Shown here: positions 13,040-25,255 of the stretch, one piece after another | Numbering within the stretch: the first letter of the stretch is position 1 | How the letters are laid out: every line of letters begins with the position of its first letter | Assembly: GCA_963693365.1 (NCBI GenBank) | Contig: CAVNZM010000004.1 | Location: forward strand, 14,072,524-14,136,523 | Length of the DNA stretch: 64,000 nucleotides | Direction of reading: 5' to 3' | Source: Amoebidium appalachense | Taxonomy: Eukaryota; Protista; Ichthyosporea | Notes under the pieces: model-generated | Databases searched by the model: none | What the model saw: the letters and a program-made list of their open reading frames with translations, nothing else | What the model was told of the DNA's origin: nothing | Position numbers and translations under genes: made by a program

Positions 13040-14504
13040 GTGTGTGTGTGTGTGGTGGGGGGGGGGGGGGGGGGGGGGGGGAGTGTGGATGTTTTACTGT
13101 GGGGGCTGAAGCAGGGTGTATGGGGTGGAGGGCTGATGTGTGGTTGCTGCAGGCAAACTGCGACCTGTGTATCCGCTGTCTGAGAAGAGACTTGTGCCGG
13201 CTCACATCAAGAGGCCAGACTATGCTGGTGACGGCATCCCCCGCAGTGAAAATGCAAAGAGGGGGCAGACGGCGGTCGAGGTGTTGAGTGAGGCCGACCA
13301 GAAGCGCATGAGAAAGGTGCGTGGGTGGGTGGGTGGGGGGGGGGGGGGATTGGTGTGTGTGTGGGCGGGGGCCGGGGGGGGGGGGGGGGGGAATGGGTGT
13401 GTGTGGGGCGGGGGGGGGGGGGGATTGGGGAGGATGGGGGAGGGAAGAGGTGTGTGTGTGTTGGGGGGGGGGGAGGGGGGGGAAAGGGATGAGGGTGGGT
13501 GGATCGGGTAGGGAGGGGTTGGGGGAGGGGTGAGGGACGGGATGTGGGTCGGTGGGTGGTATGTGTGTTGGGGGGGGGGGGGGATCGATTTTCAGGTGAT
13601 TCTGGTTTATGATGAGTACGGGGGGTCTTGAAACGGACGGGCCGAGGAGGAGCACAAGACAGATTTTCTTTCCCTCTTTTGGGTGTGTGTGTGGGAGGGG
13701 GAGGGGGGGGAGGGAGGTCCGTGAGTAAAACAAGTTTTGACATTTGACAGGAGCAATGCTGGGAATGGCGGAGGATACAGCATAAGGAGAAATGGGGGAT
13801 TCTTTATTGTTTGTTTATTTGTTTATTTGTTTATTTATTTGCTTTTTTTGGGGGGTGGGGGGGATGAGGGGTAAACCCTAGGGGGAAGAGAGCAGAGGGA
13901 ATGCATCCATATAAAAAAGGGTTTGTCCGTATATGAGATCTAGGGGTGGGATTATGGTTTCGGTTGCCCCATTCGGTTATGTACTTTCACAAACAAACAC
14001 ACACGCAGGCACACACAAAACAAAACACACACACACGTACACACACGCACACACACACACACACACACATTATCGCCTCCTCCTCTGTTTCTCAGGGGGG
14101 AAAGGATGGGGGGGGGGGGGGGGGCAGGAGGGTTTGGAGGCATAGCTCCACCTGCTTGGGTGTTATTTTTTACTCTGCCCAATCCCCCCCACCCCCCCCC
14201 CCCCCCCCCTCCCCTTTTCTTCCATTCATTGTAGCCATGCAGTCACCTCCCCCCCCCCCCCCCCCCCCTTCCCCCCCTTTGCCCTCATATCGGCTTCCTC
14301 TTCATCATTCCTCCTCTCTCGCCACCCAATATTTGATCCTCCCCGCCCTCTCTCCTTTTCTCGACAAGATCACCCGTCGATTCTTCAAGCCCCCGACACA
14401 ACCCCTGTGGCAAAAGCGCAAACGGACACACAGTCACTCACCTATACACACCTACTCACTCACGCACATGCATGCATGTTCAGTCTCACTGGCTCGCTCG
14501 CTTA

Positions 14505-14571
<67 letters not shown>

Positions 14572-15900
14572 TGTGCTCTATCACGTGAAATCCTCGACAT
14601 AGCCTGTGCCACCGCCAAACCCGGTGTGACTACAGACGAAATTGATCGAATCGTTCATGAGGCAACGATCGAGCGGGACGCATACCCGTCCCCTCTTAAC
14701 TATCACAACTTCCCCAAGTCTGTGTGCACGTCTGTTAACGAGGTGATCTGCCACGGCATACCGGACCAGTATGAGCTGCAGGAAGGAGACATTCTGAATA
14801 TCGATGTGTCGGCATATCACGATGGGGTGCATGGCGATCTCAATGAGACTATCTTTATCGGGTATGTGGATAGTGTAATTTATTATGGTACCATCTTTAT
14901 CGGGTATGTGGATGGTGTAATTTATTATGATACCATCTTTAGCGGGTATGTGGATAGTGTAATTTATTATGGTACATCTTTATCGGGTATGTGGATAGTG
15001 TGATTTATTATGGTACCATCTTTATCGGGTATGTGGATAGTGTAATTTATTATGGTACCATCTTTATCGGGTATGTGGATGGTGTTATTTATTATGATAC
15101 CTTTATCGGGTATGTCTGGACGGAACTTGAAGGGGATGGGATGGGCTGGGTGGCCGACTATCCCACAAGGGGCGTTGTTTGTGGGATGGGTGAAGAGGTG
15201 GGCAGTGGTATTGGTCATGGGGCTGATGGTGGTGGTTGAGGGGGTGAAGAGGTGGGCGGTGTGTGTGTGTGTGTGTGTGGTGCGGAAGGGGATGCCAGCA
15301 TGGTGATGGGGACGTGGGGTTGGTGGGCTTTGTTTTATGCTCTCACTTGACTTGGACACAGCAGGGGGCGGGGCGGGGGGGGAGGGGGGGAGGGGGGGTA
15401 GCGGGGGGATTTGCTGGAGGAGGCTAAATGGGTGGATTTGAACAGAACGCCGTCAGAGGAGGCCAAGAAGATAGTCACGGTCAGCTACGAGTGTCTGATG
15501 AAGGCCATAGAGGTGTGCAGGCACAGGCACACGCACACACGCAGACACACAGACACGGAACGCACATGCGCAAACACACCCTCGGACGCACAGACACACA
15601 CACCTAAATAGGGATCATGCATGTGCATGGCCTTGCACATGCGCGTGCGCGCGCACATACACACACATCTGCTTTTACGTGCCACAACCTACACCCACGT
15701 ACCCTTTGGCATACACCTATACAGCACGCATGTGCACACACACTAACACATGCATGCACAGGTGCAGACGATATGCACTTCAGAACACAAACACATGGTC
15801 ATGCAAAGGCGTTCTGAAATTTGGAGATGGATTATGTTTTTACCTTGGTGACGTGCTACACCCCATTTTAGCATGGTTGTAACCACTTCCTTGAAATACG

Positions 15901-15934
<34 letters not shown>

Positions 15935-16065
15935 TTCCTCCTCCCCCCCTCCCAACTAACACCACTACCACCACAAAAAAAAGAAAGAAAAAAAAAAAAC
16001 AGAGCCACACACACTGGCTTGCACGTTCACTCACTCACTTACTTACTCATTCCCTTGCACGTGCG

Positions 16066-16108
<43 letters not shown>

Positions 16109-16800
16109 AGGTGGTTAAACCCGGCACGCTGTACCGGGACCTAGGCAATGTAATTCAGAAGCATGCCACGGCCAACGACTGCAGTGTGGTGCGCAGCTAC
16201 TGCGGCCATGGAATCAACAGGCTGTTCCACACCACACCAAGCATCCCCCACTATGCCAAGAACAAGGTGCGTCAAGGGGTGGGTGGGTGGGGGGGGGGAG
16301 CCCCGGGGGGGGGGGGGGGGGGCACTATGGGTGCGTGTCATCCCCCACTATAACAAGAACAAGATTTGTGGGGTAGGCAGGGGGGGAGGGGGCTGCGGGG
16401 CACTATGGGTGTGTGTGGGTGTGGCCAGGCGGTTGTGAATAGAAGGGAGGGTAGGGGGGGTATGGTGTGTGGTGTGGCTTGTGTGTGTGTATCTGTGTGT
16501 GGTTGTGTGAGTGTCTGTATGTTGGTGTTCAGTGGGTCCTGTGTTGTGTGCAGTGCTTGTGGGCGTTGTCTGTGTGGCTGGATGGTCGGTTTGTGTGTTG
16601 GTGTCTGTGACTGTATGGGTACGGATGCATTACTGACCTGTGGGTGGGCTCAGGCACCAGGGGTGATGAAGGCCGGGCACTGCTTCACGATTGAGCCCAT
16701 GATCTCGGAGGGGCTGTGGCAGGACGAAACGTGGCCAGATAACTGGACTGCAGTTACAAGGGATGGAAAGAGGAGTGCACAGGTGTGTGGGTGGGTGGGT

Positions 16801-16835
<35 letters not shown>

Positions 16836-16977
16836 GAAATGGGTGGGTGGGTGGGTGGGTAGATAGGTGGGTGTGTTTATTAGAGCGGCATCCTGTGGTC
16901 GGTATCCCCCCTCCCCTCCCCCTCCCCCCCCCCCCCCTCTCTCTCTCTCTATAGCTATCTCTCTTTCCTCTTTCTCT

Positions 16978-17075
<98 letters not shown>

Positions 17076-17146
17076 CCCTCCGCTCCCCCTTTCCACATCC
17101 GTCACCACACACACCTTCGTGCACATTCATGCAAATTCTTTTTGTA

Positions 17147-17177
<31 letters not shown>

Positions 17178-17272
17178 TCCTTTCCCCTTCTCCCACTTTA
17201 CCTCTCTCTTCTCTTTGCTTGCGGTCCCTCCTTACCTCCACTCTCCCGCCTCCCTCCCAGCACGCATGACTC

Positions 17273-17314
<42 letters not shown>

Positions 17315-17658
17315 AAAAAAAAAAAAAAAGGGAAGAAAGAAAGAAGAACAGAAAGAAAAGGCTCTCTCAAACACCACTCTGACTGTATTGGGGTTTTTCT
17401 GCATTCAAATTTTTGCACTGTTCCATCTATGGCCGTGTGGCTGCACTATTTATGGCTCCACCCGAGCACATTTAATGTGCTCGTTTGCTGCAATGCCATT
17501 TTTCAAGGGTGGGGGTCCAACACACTAACCTGGTGGGGGTTTTACAGTTCGAGCACACGATGCTTGTGACGGACACGGGGGTGGACATTCTGACGCAGTG
17601 GCAGGACGGCAGGCCCTACTTCATGCACCAGCTGGATCGCATGGGCAATGTTAGCTAA
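11744..17658 (+). CDS. METAP1: Methionine aminopeptidase 1 (cytosolic type Ib with N-terminal zinc finger)
   Basis: Exons 11744-11942, 13153-13316, 14569-14861, 15446-15512, 16111-16266, 16654-16782, 17548-17658 join in frame. Zinc finger [25 protein letters not shown]. Catalytic motifs [44 protein letters not shown] and SAQFEHT. Confidence 0.97.
14851..15116 (+). repeat. 42-bp minisatellite spanning the MetAP1 exon 3 donor (7 donor copies)
   Basis: Unit atctttatcgg|gtatgtggatagtgtaatttattatggtacc. GT donors at 14862, 14904, 14946, 14987, 15029, 15071 and 15110. Confidence 0.95.
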
Positions 17659-18165
17659 ATATAGGTGTGCAGTGGGTGGTGGGTGCTAATTATAGGTGTG
17701 GGTATGTGCAAAGCGATGTGAATGGTTGTGTTGCTTGGGGCTGGAGGGGGGGGGGGGGGGGGGGGGGGATGGAAAGGGGGGGGGGGGGGGGGGGATGGCG
17801 AGGAGAGAGATGGGGAGGGAGAGGGGAGAGGGGGTCATTGGCAACATACATTAGTTGATGATGCAAATGCTAGCAGTTGTGTTGTGTTGGTGGAGCCTCA
17901 CTGAATGGACACGCAAGTGAACTAGTGTATCAATGAAATTAGTTTCTAGTCACTGTGTGCAACATCCCCGGCCCGTTGTCGGAGGGTGAAAACGAACTTG
18001 GCACTGGTACCATCTAACCATCTCCGAGGTGAGATTGCATGAGTGGAAGGTTGCTTGCTCGAAACTGAGCACGTGTGTTCGGATCACGGTGGCCCTGCAG
18101 GCTGACAGTTAACGTATAATGTGTCTGTGGTCCGGCAAGTACATGCAATGAACGAACAATTGAGC

Positions 18166-18196
<31 letters not shown>

Positions 18197-18923
18197 GAGG
18201 AGTGTTCACACACACACACACACACACAGTTTCTTCCTAGCGACCCGGAGGCACTTTAGTGGATGCATGGTTGCCCGATGCTGCGTGGCAGCGTCCTAAA
18301 TACGTATATTTTTTATCGTATTTGTATTATTTGCTCTGATATAGCGTAAAAGGCAATCGGGCATCGTCATGGCCATGCATGACCCCTGGGTTCGGCTCCA
18401 TCGTCAGAACTGGTAACGTTTTGAATCAGCGTCTTGCCAATGGCCAACACTGCTGTTTTGGGGCACCAGCTAGCATCAATATTACACACAAGCGTTGTAA
18501 CACACGAGCGCTAGCACACAAATTGTGTGTACATGTCACATACACAGAAAACACATACTGTTGCGCGCGCGTGTACACACACGCACACACACACGCGCGC
18601 ACGTGCACACACGCACCTTCGTTCATTACACAGTCATCCACAGTTTGCAAGAGAGGCCCGGGAGGAGGAAGGGGGAGGAGAGAGAGAGTCTCGGACGGAG
18701 GGAGGGAGGGGGGGAAGGAGGGGAGAGAGATGCCGAGCGAGAGCGAGAGAGAGTGAGAGAGAGGGGGGGCGGGGGGAAGGGGGAGTGTTGAGGGGGGAGA
18801 AATAGAGAGAGAGAGGGAGGGGGGGGGGGGGGGGGGGAGAGAGAGAGAGAGAAAGAGAAAGAGGGGGGGGGGAGGGAGGGAGAGAGAGGGACAGAGAGGG
18901 GGAGAGAGTGAATCACGGTGACA

Positions 18924-19007
<84 letters not shown>

Positions 19008-19180
19008 GAGAGAGAGAGAAAGGGAGGGAGAGGGAGAGAGGTACTGTATACAGGAGGCCGCCGTGGCGCAAACAGCACGAACAATTATTATTGAGTGGTA
19101 GTTTATTACAGGCTTGAGGCCGAGTTGCTTGCTGTGTACAGCATTGCTGTGTGTTCTATACACATCGCCTCCGGTGATTG

Positions 19181-19645
19181 TCACTGTCTCACGTTGTCTT
19201 CACTTGTGCGCTTGGCAGGCGGGGCCGAGTCCAGGGGGGCTTGCGTGAGGCGGGCGGCCGGGACGCAGCGGACGTAGGGGCCAGCCATGCGTATCGCCGT
19301 GTTGATGTTGGCTTGTAGGCAGCTTTGGCAGAAGCGGGCCACAGCGTCAGGGCCATCGACGGCGCACTTGCGGACGTGCGGGCGCATGTAGAGCGGGACC
19401 ATGCCCATTAGCTCCTGTTGCAGCAGCAACAGCTCGGGGTCGTCGTGGCGGCGTCCCGCGCGTAGGCCTCTGACGAGGGCGCCGCACAGGCGGGCGATGC
19501 TGGTGTGCACCTTGGCGGTGGTGTTGACGAGGTGGTAGATCTCCCCCGCAACCTCAGGCGGTCTCCCGTCCATAAGCAGCCTATAGGCTATCATCAGCGC
19601 AGCCTCGACGGTGTTGGGAAACTCTCTCGACATTGCGACGTTCAT
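19181..19645 (-). CDS. Intronless hypothetical protein (150-154 aa), no recognised family
   Basis: High-complexity, GC3-rich, CpG-rich ORF (MSREFPNTVEAALMIAYRLLMDGRPPEVAGEIYHLVN...PPAKRTSEDNVRQ*). ATG at 19645 or 19633. Its composition differs sharply from the flanks. Confidence 0.6.
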   Translation of the reverse strand: MNVAMSREFPNTVEAALMIAYRLLMDGRPPEVAGEIYHLVNTTAKVHTSIARLCGALVRGLRAGRRHDDPELLLLQQELMGMVPLYMRPHVRKCAVDGPDAVARFCQSCLQANINTAIRMAGPYVRCVPAARLTQAPLDSAPPAKRTSEDNVRQ

Positions 19646-19761
19646 TCTTTTTTTTTTCCACTGCAACAATCGCAAACTGACTGACTTTCAAACCTGTTGC
19701 ACACATGTTTATGTACTGTGTGTGGTTTAGGGCTACCGGGGGGGGAGGGGGGGGAGGGGGA

Positions 19762-20049
19762 GGGCAACATGCCCCCGGTAAACTACGCAGTCGGGCAACA
19801 TGCCCCCGGTAAACTACGCAGTCGGGCAACATGCTCCCGGTAAACTACGCAGTCGGGCAACATGCCCCCGGTGAACTACGCAGTCGGGCAACATGCCCCC
19901 GGTGAATTACGCAGTCGGGCAACATGCCCCCGGTGAACTACGCAGTCGGGCAACATGCCCCCGGTGAACTACGCGGTTCAGGTAGCATGCCCCCGGTGAA
20001 CTATGAAGTTGGGCAACATGCCCCCGGTGAACTATGGAGTCGGGTACAT
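19762..20049. repeat. 31-bp tandem array, 9 copies, with a hairpin-forming core
   Basis: Unit gggcaacatgcccccggt[a/g]aactacgcagtc. The right-hand copies are more diverged. Confidence 0.95.
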
Positions 20050-20161
20050 AGAGGGAGGGAGGGAGAGGGGTACAGAGAGGGGGAGAGAGTGAATCACGGT
20101 GAGAGGGGGGGGGGGGGGGGGGGGGGAGAGAGAGAGACTCTGAGAGAGAGGGGAGGGAGAG

Positions 20162-20255
<94 letters not shown>

Positions 20256-21929
20256 GGCCGTGAGAGAAAACTTGCTACAACCTCCATTTACCTCCAAACT
20301 ATGAATATTGGTCCTTAATACTACATGATTGAGGGAGTTTGGAAAAGAGTAGAAGAGTGGAGGGTGGTCTCATGAGGCTGCTCGGGGGGGGAGGGGAGAG
20401 GGGGGGGGGGGGGGGGGGGGATGGGGGGGAGGGGGGAGGGGGGGGGGGGGGTGGGAGAGGGGGAAGGAGGTGGGGGGGGGGGGGGTGGAGGGGGGGGAGG
20501 GGGGGGGGGGGGGGGGGCTGCACCCCGAGAATTATTACTGTGTCATGCATGGCAGCGGTCATCACGGCAAATCTGCAGATCACGCGTCATGCATGGTGCA
20601 TCCAGGTGGGTATATTCTTCAATCAATGAAACTACCTTTTCAGTCTACGACCGTGTGTCTATGCTCAAATGCTATAAGCTACATGTGTGCTATCGACAGC
20701 TTCATTCATAAGGTACTAATATGCATACCACTTTAGTCATTCGGCTCATTTTACAGCTTTGGTTTGGGTAGCCAAAACACTCCCCCCCCCCCTCCCCCCC
20801 CCCCCCCCCCCCCTCCCCTCCCGAGCGGCAAGATCCATCCGTGATATGTCGACATAGTACGCACATGGCACTTATTTGACCGTGGATCAAAAAGGGCTGG
20901 CGCCAACCCTTCTTAACTTATATTGTATACTGTTGTCTTCGTGGTTTGAAACTAAATATTCAGCGGGTCAGATTAGTTTTGGGCAGCATCGCCTGAACCT
21001 GTAAATCCCACACACATTCCCTTTGCTGATTAGCCTGGAAGATCTCAAAACTATGCGTTTCCAGATCCATCTGCAAAGGACTGGCCAACAGTTTCGCTTT
21101 ACGCAGATCCAGCATGTTGATTCGTGCTCCTTTGACCAATCAGCTTACTTAAATATCTGAGCGAGTGATTAGCCGTTAGTTTTGCACCGAATGGATCATC
21201 AAGACATCTACCAATCAAATGGCAGAAAATGTGTACTTCCTCGTCTCTCCACAGTCTTCAGCCTGTGCCATCTTGGTTCGAATCCCTTGTTCAACTGGGT
21301 TGCCAAGAACGTTGAAGCGGCGTACATACGTATACTGCAAGGGCCGAAAAACTTTTCAACTGCGTACAACAGCGGGTGTGTGCTTCCTTTTCCGCACTGT
21401 GTCCCACAAAGGACGCCACATATGTACATACAGCCGACATGTGCACTACGTGTGTACACGTGCAACCGTTGACATTGGCCGTCATTTTTTCAGCTGCCTG
21501 GTGAATTTGGTGACCGGCCGCGGACTGACCGCGAGACCCGAGACGGCAAAGCGGTTTGTGCCTTTGTTTGCGAAGTCACAGTGTAGGCCTGTCATAACGG
21601 GCATGGGCCGGCGACCTGGAGCTCGAGGTGATAATGGGTCACTGCCCTCGCTGCCCGCCGAGGCCAAGTTGTGCCCGCCGAGGAATGTGCATGTGCAAAG
21701 AGGTAGGGATCCACGGCATGGTCAAGGTTCACAATTGAGCTTTCGTGCTTCTCCTTCTCGTGCACTGGCGATAGCCTCACTACATGGTATTCAATGGTAT
21801 TATTTTTATATCCCCTAGGCCTGTGTTCACATGCCTATATGTCGGGCTCTGCCCCGTCACACACCCTCACATCATGATCACTAATATTAGCAAATACCGC
21901 AGAGCGACCGAGATAGATCCTCGCTATCT

Positions 21930-21964
21930 ATTGGCTGACGGCTCAAATCCTGTGGCTATATAAA
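21930..21964 (+). promoter_or_regulatory. Inverted CCAAT box plus TATA box of the subtilase gene
   Basis: ATTGG at 21930-21934 and TATATAAA at 21957-21964, about 90 bp upstream of ATG 22055. Confidence 0.65.
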
Positions 21965-22054
21965 CTGCGGTCAATCCTTGTGCAAGCTCAGTTGACTCGC
22001 AGCACATCTCTACGCCCTTTCAACTGTGTGTCCCCACGTGCCCACCCATCCACC

Positions 22055-24915
22055 ATGGCTCTCAAGTACATCTCTCTGGCCGCCATGGCCCTGTTTGCCC
22101 ACACTGCCCCCACTGAAGAGGCCAAGGACGGCCACCTCCGCCTGCGGTCTACTGCTCTGCCGGTGCGGCGGCTGGCCAGGGCTGCGGATGTGGTGGCAGG
22201 ACGCTATGTGATTGAGTTGGAGGCGGAGGGCAAGGTCAACGTCATGGCGGCACGCCTGCGCCAGGTCATGTCCTGGATTGGAAAGACGGTGAGTGGCTGG
22301 CATGCCTATATATGGTTTGCTGGTGAATTCGACCCTACATAGATGTCTGGTAGGGAGGGTTGTGCCCAAATTTGGGGCATTCGCGATCGTGTTGTTCAGG
22401 CGCAACAAAGCGCACGTGCTACGTACGTGGGCATGTCCTTGTTACCGATAAATTCGTGAGATTTTTCTTGGTCTTACCGATTGATGACTCTGTCTATCTA
22501 GGGAACTTGGGGTACCTCGTCTCCAAACGCATGATGCTCCCTCCATCCCCCCCCCCCCCTCCCCCCCCCCCCCCCCCCCTTCCCCGCTTTGTCATCCTAA
22601 CTCGTGCTTCATTCTTTTTTCCGCACACAGGAGGGCAGTGCTCTGCCCCTGCCCTCTCTCCTGAGTGCGGCTGTGGAGCTGACCCCCCGGCAGGTCGAGA
22701 AACTTCAGCGCCACCCCTTCATCAAAGCCATTAGCGAGGTGCCCACGGTCAGTGCCGAGGCCTATGCCTGGCACCTCGATCGAGTCAACCAGCGCCCCAC
22801 AAAACTCGACGCTAACCAGTACCTGGGGCCTGCCGCCACCACCGCCATCAACGTGGATGTGTACATAGTCGATGGGGGGGTGCAGATCGACCACCCCCTG
22901 TTGGAGGGCCGGGCTAGCAATTATTGGTCGGCATTCAACAGCACGGCAGACGTAGATGGTCACGGCACCCACTGTGCTGGCACGGCAGGGGCCAGAGATT
23001 ATGGAGTAGCCCGGCCGCTGATCAAGTCTGTCAAGGTGCTCGATAAGGGCACAGGCACGGGGGACCTGCTGCTTGCAGGCATAGACCAGATCTTGGCCAG
23101 ACAGAAGGGCCGCCCTGCTGTGGCCTCAATGAGTCTCAGTACCCCTACGTGGCAGGTGGGTGGTGGGCCATGGGCTTTGTGCAAGTGTGTGCTGGCTGTG
23201 TGTGCATTGGCAGGCACATTCACTTGTACTGCATGTGTGGGGTCTTTTTGACACATATAGTGCACATAGTGGTGTGTGTGTGGCATGTGTGTGTGTGTGT
23301 GTGTATTTGGGGGGGGGGGGGGGGGGGGGGAGGGAGACTCCGGGGGTGCGCGCCCATGTGCGTGTGCGTGTGCGTGTGCGTGTGAGTGTGAGTGTGTGTG
23401 TAATGTGGATGGCGGTATACAGGTATGCCTTGAGGTGTGTATGTACAGGACGTACCTACATATCCATATTCGGCCATTCACCCCCTCCCCCCCCCTCCCC
23501 CCCCACCTTCCCCGCCCCTCCCCGCAGCCGATCAACGATGCCATCCAGCGTCTACTCAATGACAATGTGACGGTGGTGGCGGCTGCAGGCAACTACAATG
23601 TCGATGCCTGCACATATTCCCCGGCCGGTGTGCCTGACGTCATCACCGTAGGCAACGTGGCCATGAATGACGTGCGCTCGGCATCCTCCAACTGGGGAAG
23701 GTAAGGGCCTGCCCCCAGCATGGGTTTACATGTTGTGAGCTAAGAGATGTGTATGTGCGTATGTGGTTCCTGTACGGGAAAGGAAGGAGGGAGGCGGAGG
23801 CGGGGGGGGGAGAAGGGGGGCAGGTAGGGGGTTGGAGGGGGGAGGGGGGAGGTGGGGGTGGAGGACTAGCCATGGTTGAGGAACATTCAGACCTCACAAG
23901 CTCAATTACTTATCCATGGCTGCATTTTGAGTTTGTGATTGTATCCCAAACAACTACCTCTCCCCTCTGCGCAAAAGTCATGCACATCTCCCCGTCTGAT
24001 GCCAGTGACCTTTGGCCAATCAGCTGTGTGGACATCTTTGCACCGGGCAGTTCTATCACAAGCACGTGGATCAACGGTGGCACATGGCCCCTGTCCGGCA
24101 CATCCATGTGAGCATTAGCCATCCTCCCCCCCCCCCTTCCCCCCTTCCCCTTCCCCTTCCCCCCCCCCTCCCCCCCCTCCCCCCTCCCCTTTCTCCTCCC
24201 CCCCCTCCCCCCCCCCCCCCCCTTGGTACCGGCACGCACCCATATGCTCAGGCATCCGCTTGCCTGCTTGAACCCCTTGACGAGAGTTTAGTTCCCACCA
24301 ACCCTCTGTATGGAGATGCAACTGGTTGCATAAGGTTTGCACATGCGATATGTACACATGCACACTACATACAACATGTAACACACACAGCAGTGCACAT
24401 GCATTGTGCGCACATGCGTGCTGCACACAAACACATACTCTCCATGCACTCACGCAAACAGCATCACTTGCAGAAGCACTCTGTGTTCACATCGAACATG
24501 CGTGTGTGTGCCCACACGTGCACACCGCAATTCCACCCACCCACCTACACCAAGGCATACACTCACTATTGTGCACAAAGCACACAGGCCAATAGCGAAT
24601 ATAGCAAATACGCACACCCTTGCACGGCACACAAAGCAAAATAACAAACGTCACAAGAAAAATCCACCATTGCCATGTCGTAGGTGGCTTATAGCCCCAT
24701 GGAAACTTTCAACGCCTCTTTGACATTCGTGCATGATGTTCCATTCCGCCCCTGACTAGTGTGCAACTGGTCGATTACCATATATGGCTAATCTGCTCAC
24801 CCGCCCACCAATCGCAGGGCTGCCCCCCAGGTTGCCGGTGCTGCTGCCCTCTACCTGTCCACAAATCCCACAGCCACCCCGGCAGAGGTAACATCTCCCA
24901 CCTTCTTCCCTCCCC

Positions 24916-24963
<48 letters not shown>

Positions 24964-25005
24964 AAAAAAGAGAAAAACAAATAAATAAAAAACTCCCTAG
25001 CAGGC

Positions 25006-25047
<42 letters not shown>

Positions 25048-25220
25048 ACACCTCCACTGCCCATGCCCGGCCCTTCATGTGTGCTGCGCTACCGCTCACG
25101 GTGTCTGTACAGGCAATGTGATTGGCCCACAGACCTGCCCCCTTTGTTCAGTCTGCCTGCATCGTATGCACTTTCCCTGCTCCATAACACTCAGATCGAT
25201 GCCATCACCCCCCCCCCCCC

Positions 25221-25255
<35 letters not shown>

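Larger units (their letters stand above)
18891..20102. repeat. 31-bp exact direct repeats (18891-18921 and 20072-20102), each followed by poly-G and (GA)n, bracketing an ORF and a tandem array
   Basis: acagagagggggagagagtgaatcacggtga occurs at both positions. Confidence 0.8.

Noticed and set aside
12100-13733. Long ORFs (395 and 372 aa) and similar poly-Pro/Gly, HT, CV and ER ORFs across the window, e.g. 58338-59555
   Set aside because: They are translations of stop-free microsatellites and homopolymers. Only the short embedded exons are credible.
19683-19700. Similarity to the tRNA-Sec anticodon arm (ttcaaacctgt)
   Set aside because: No surrounding cloverleaf or T-arm; treated as a chance match.
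21182-21818. ORFs upstream of the subtilase
   Set aside because: No domain-like sequence or codon bias; probably promoter or intergenic DNA.
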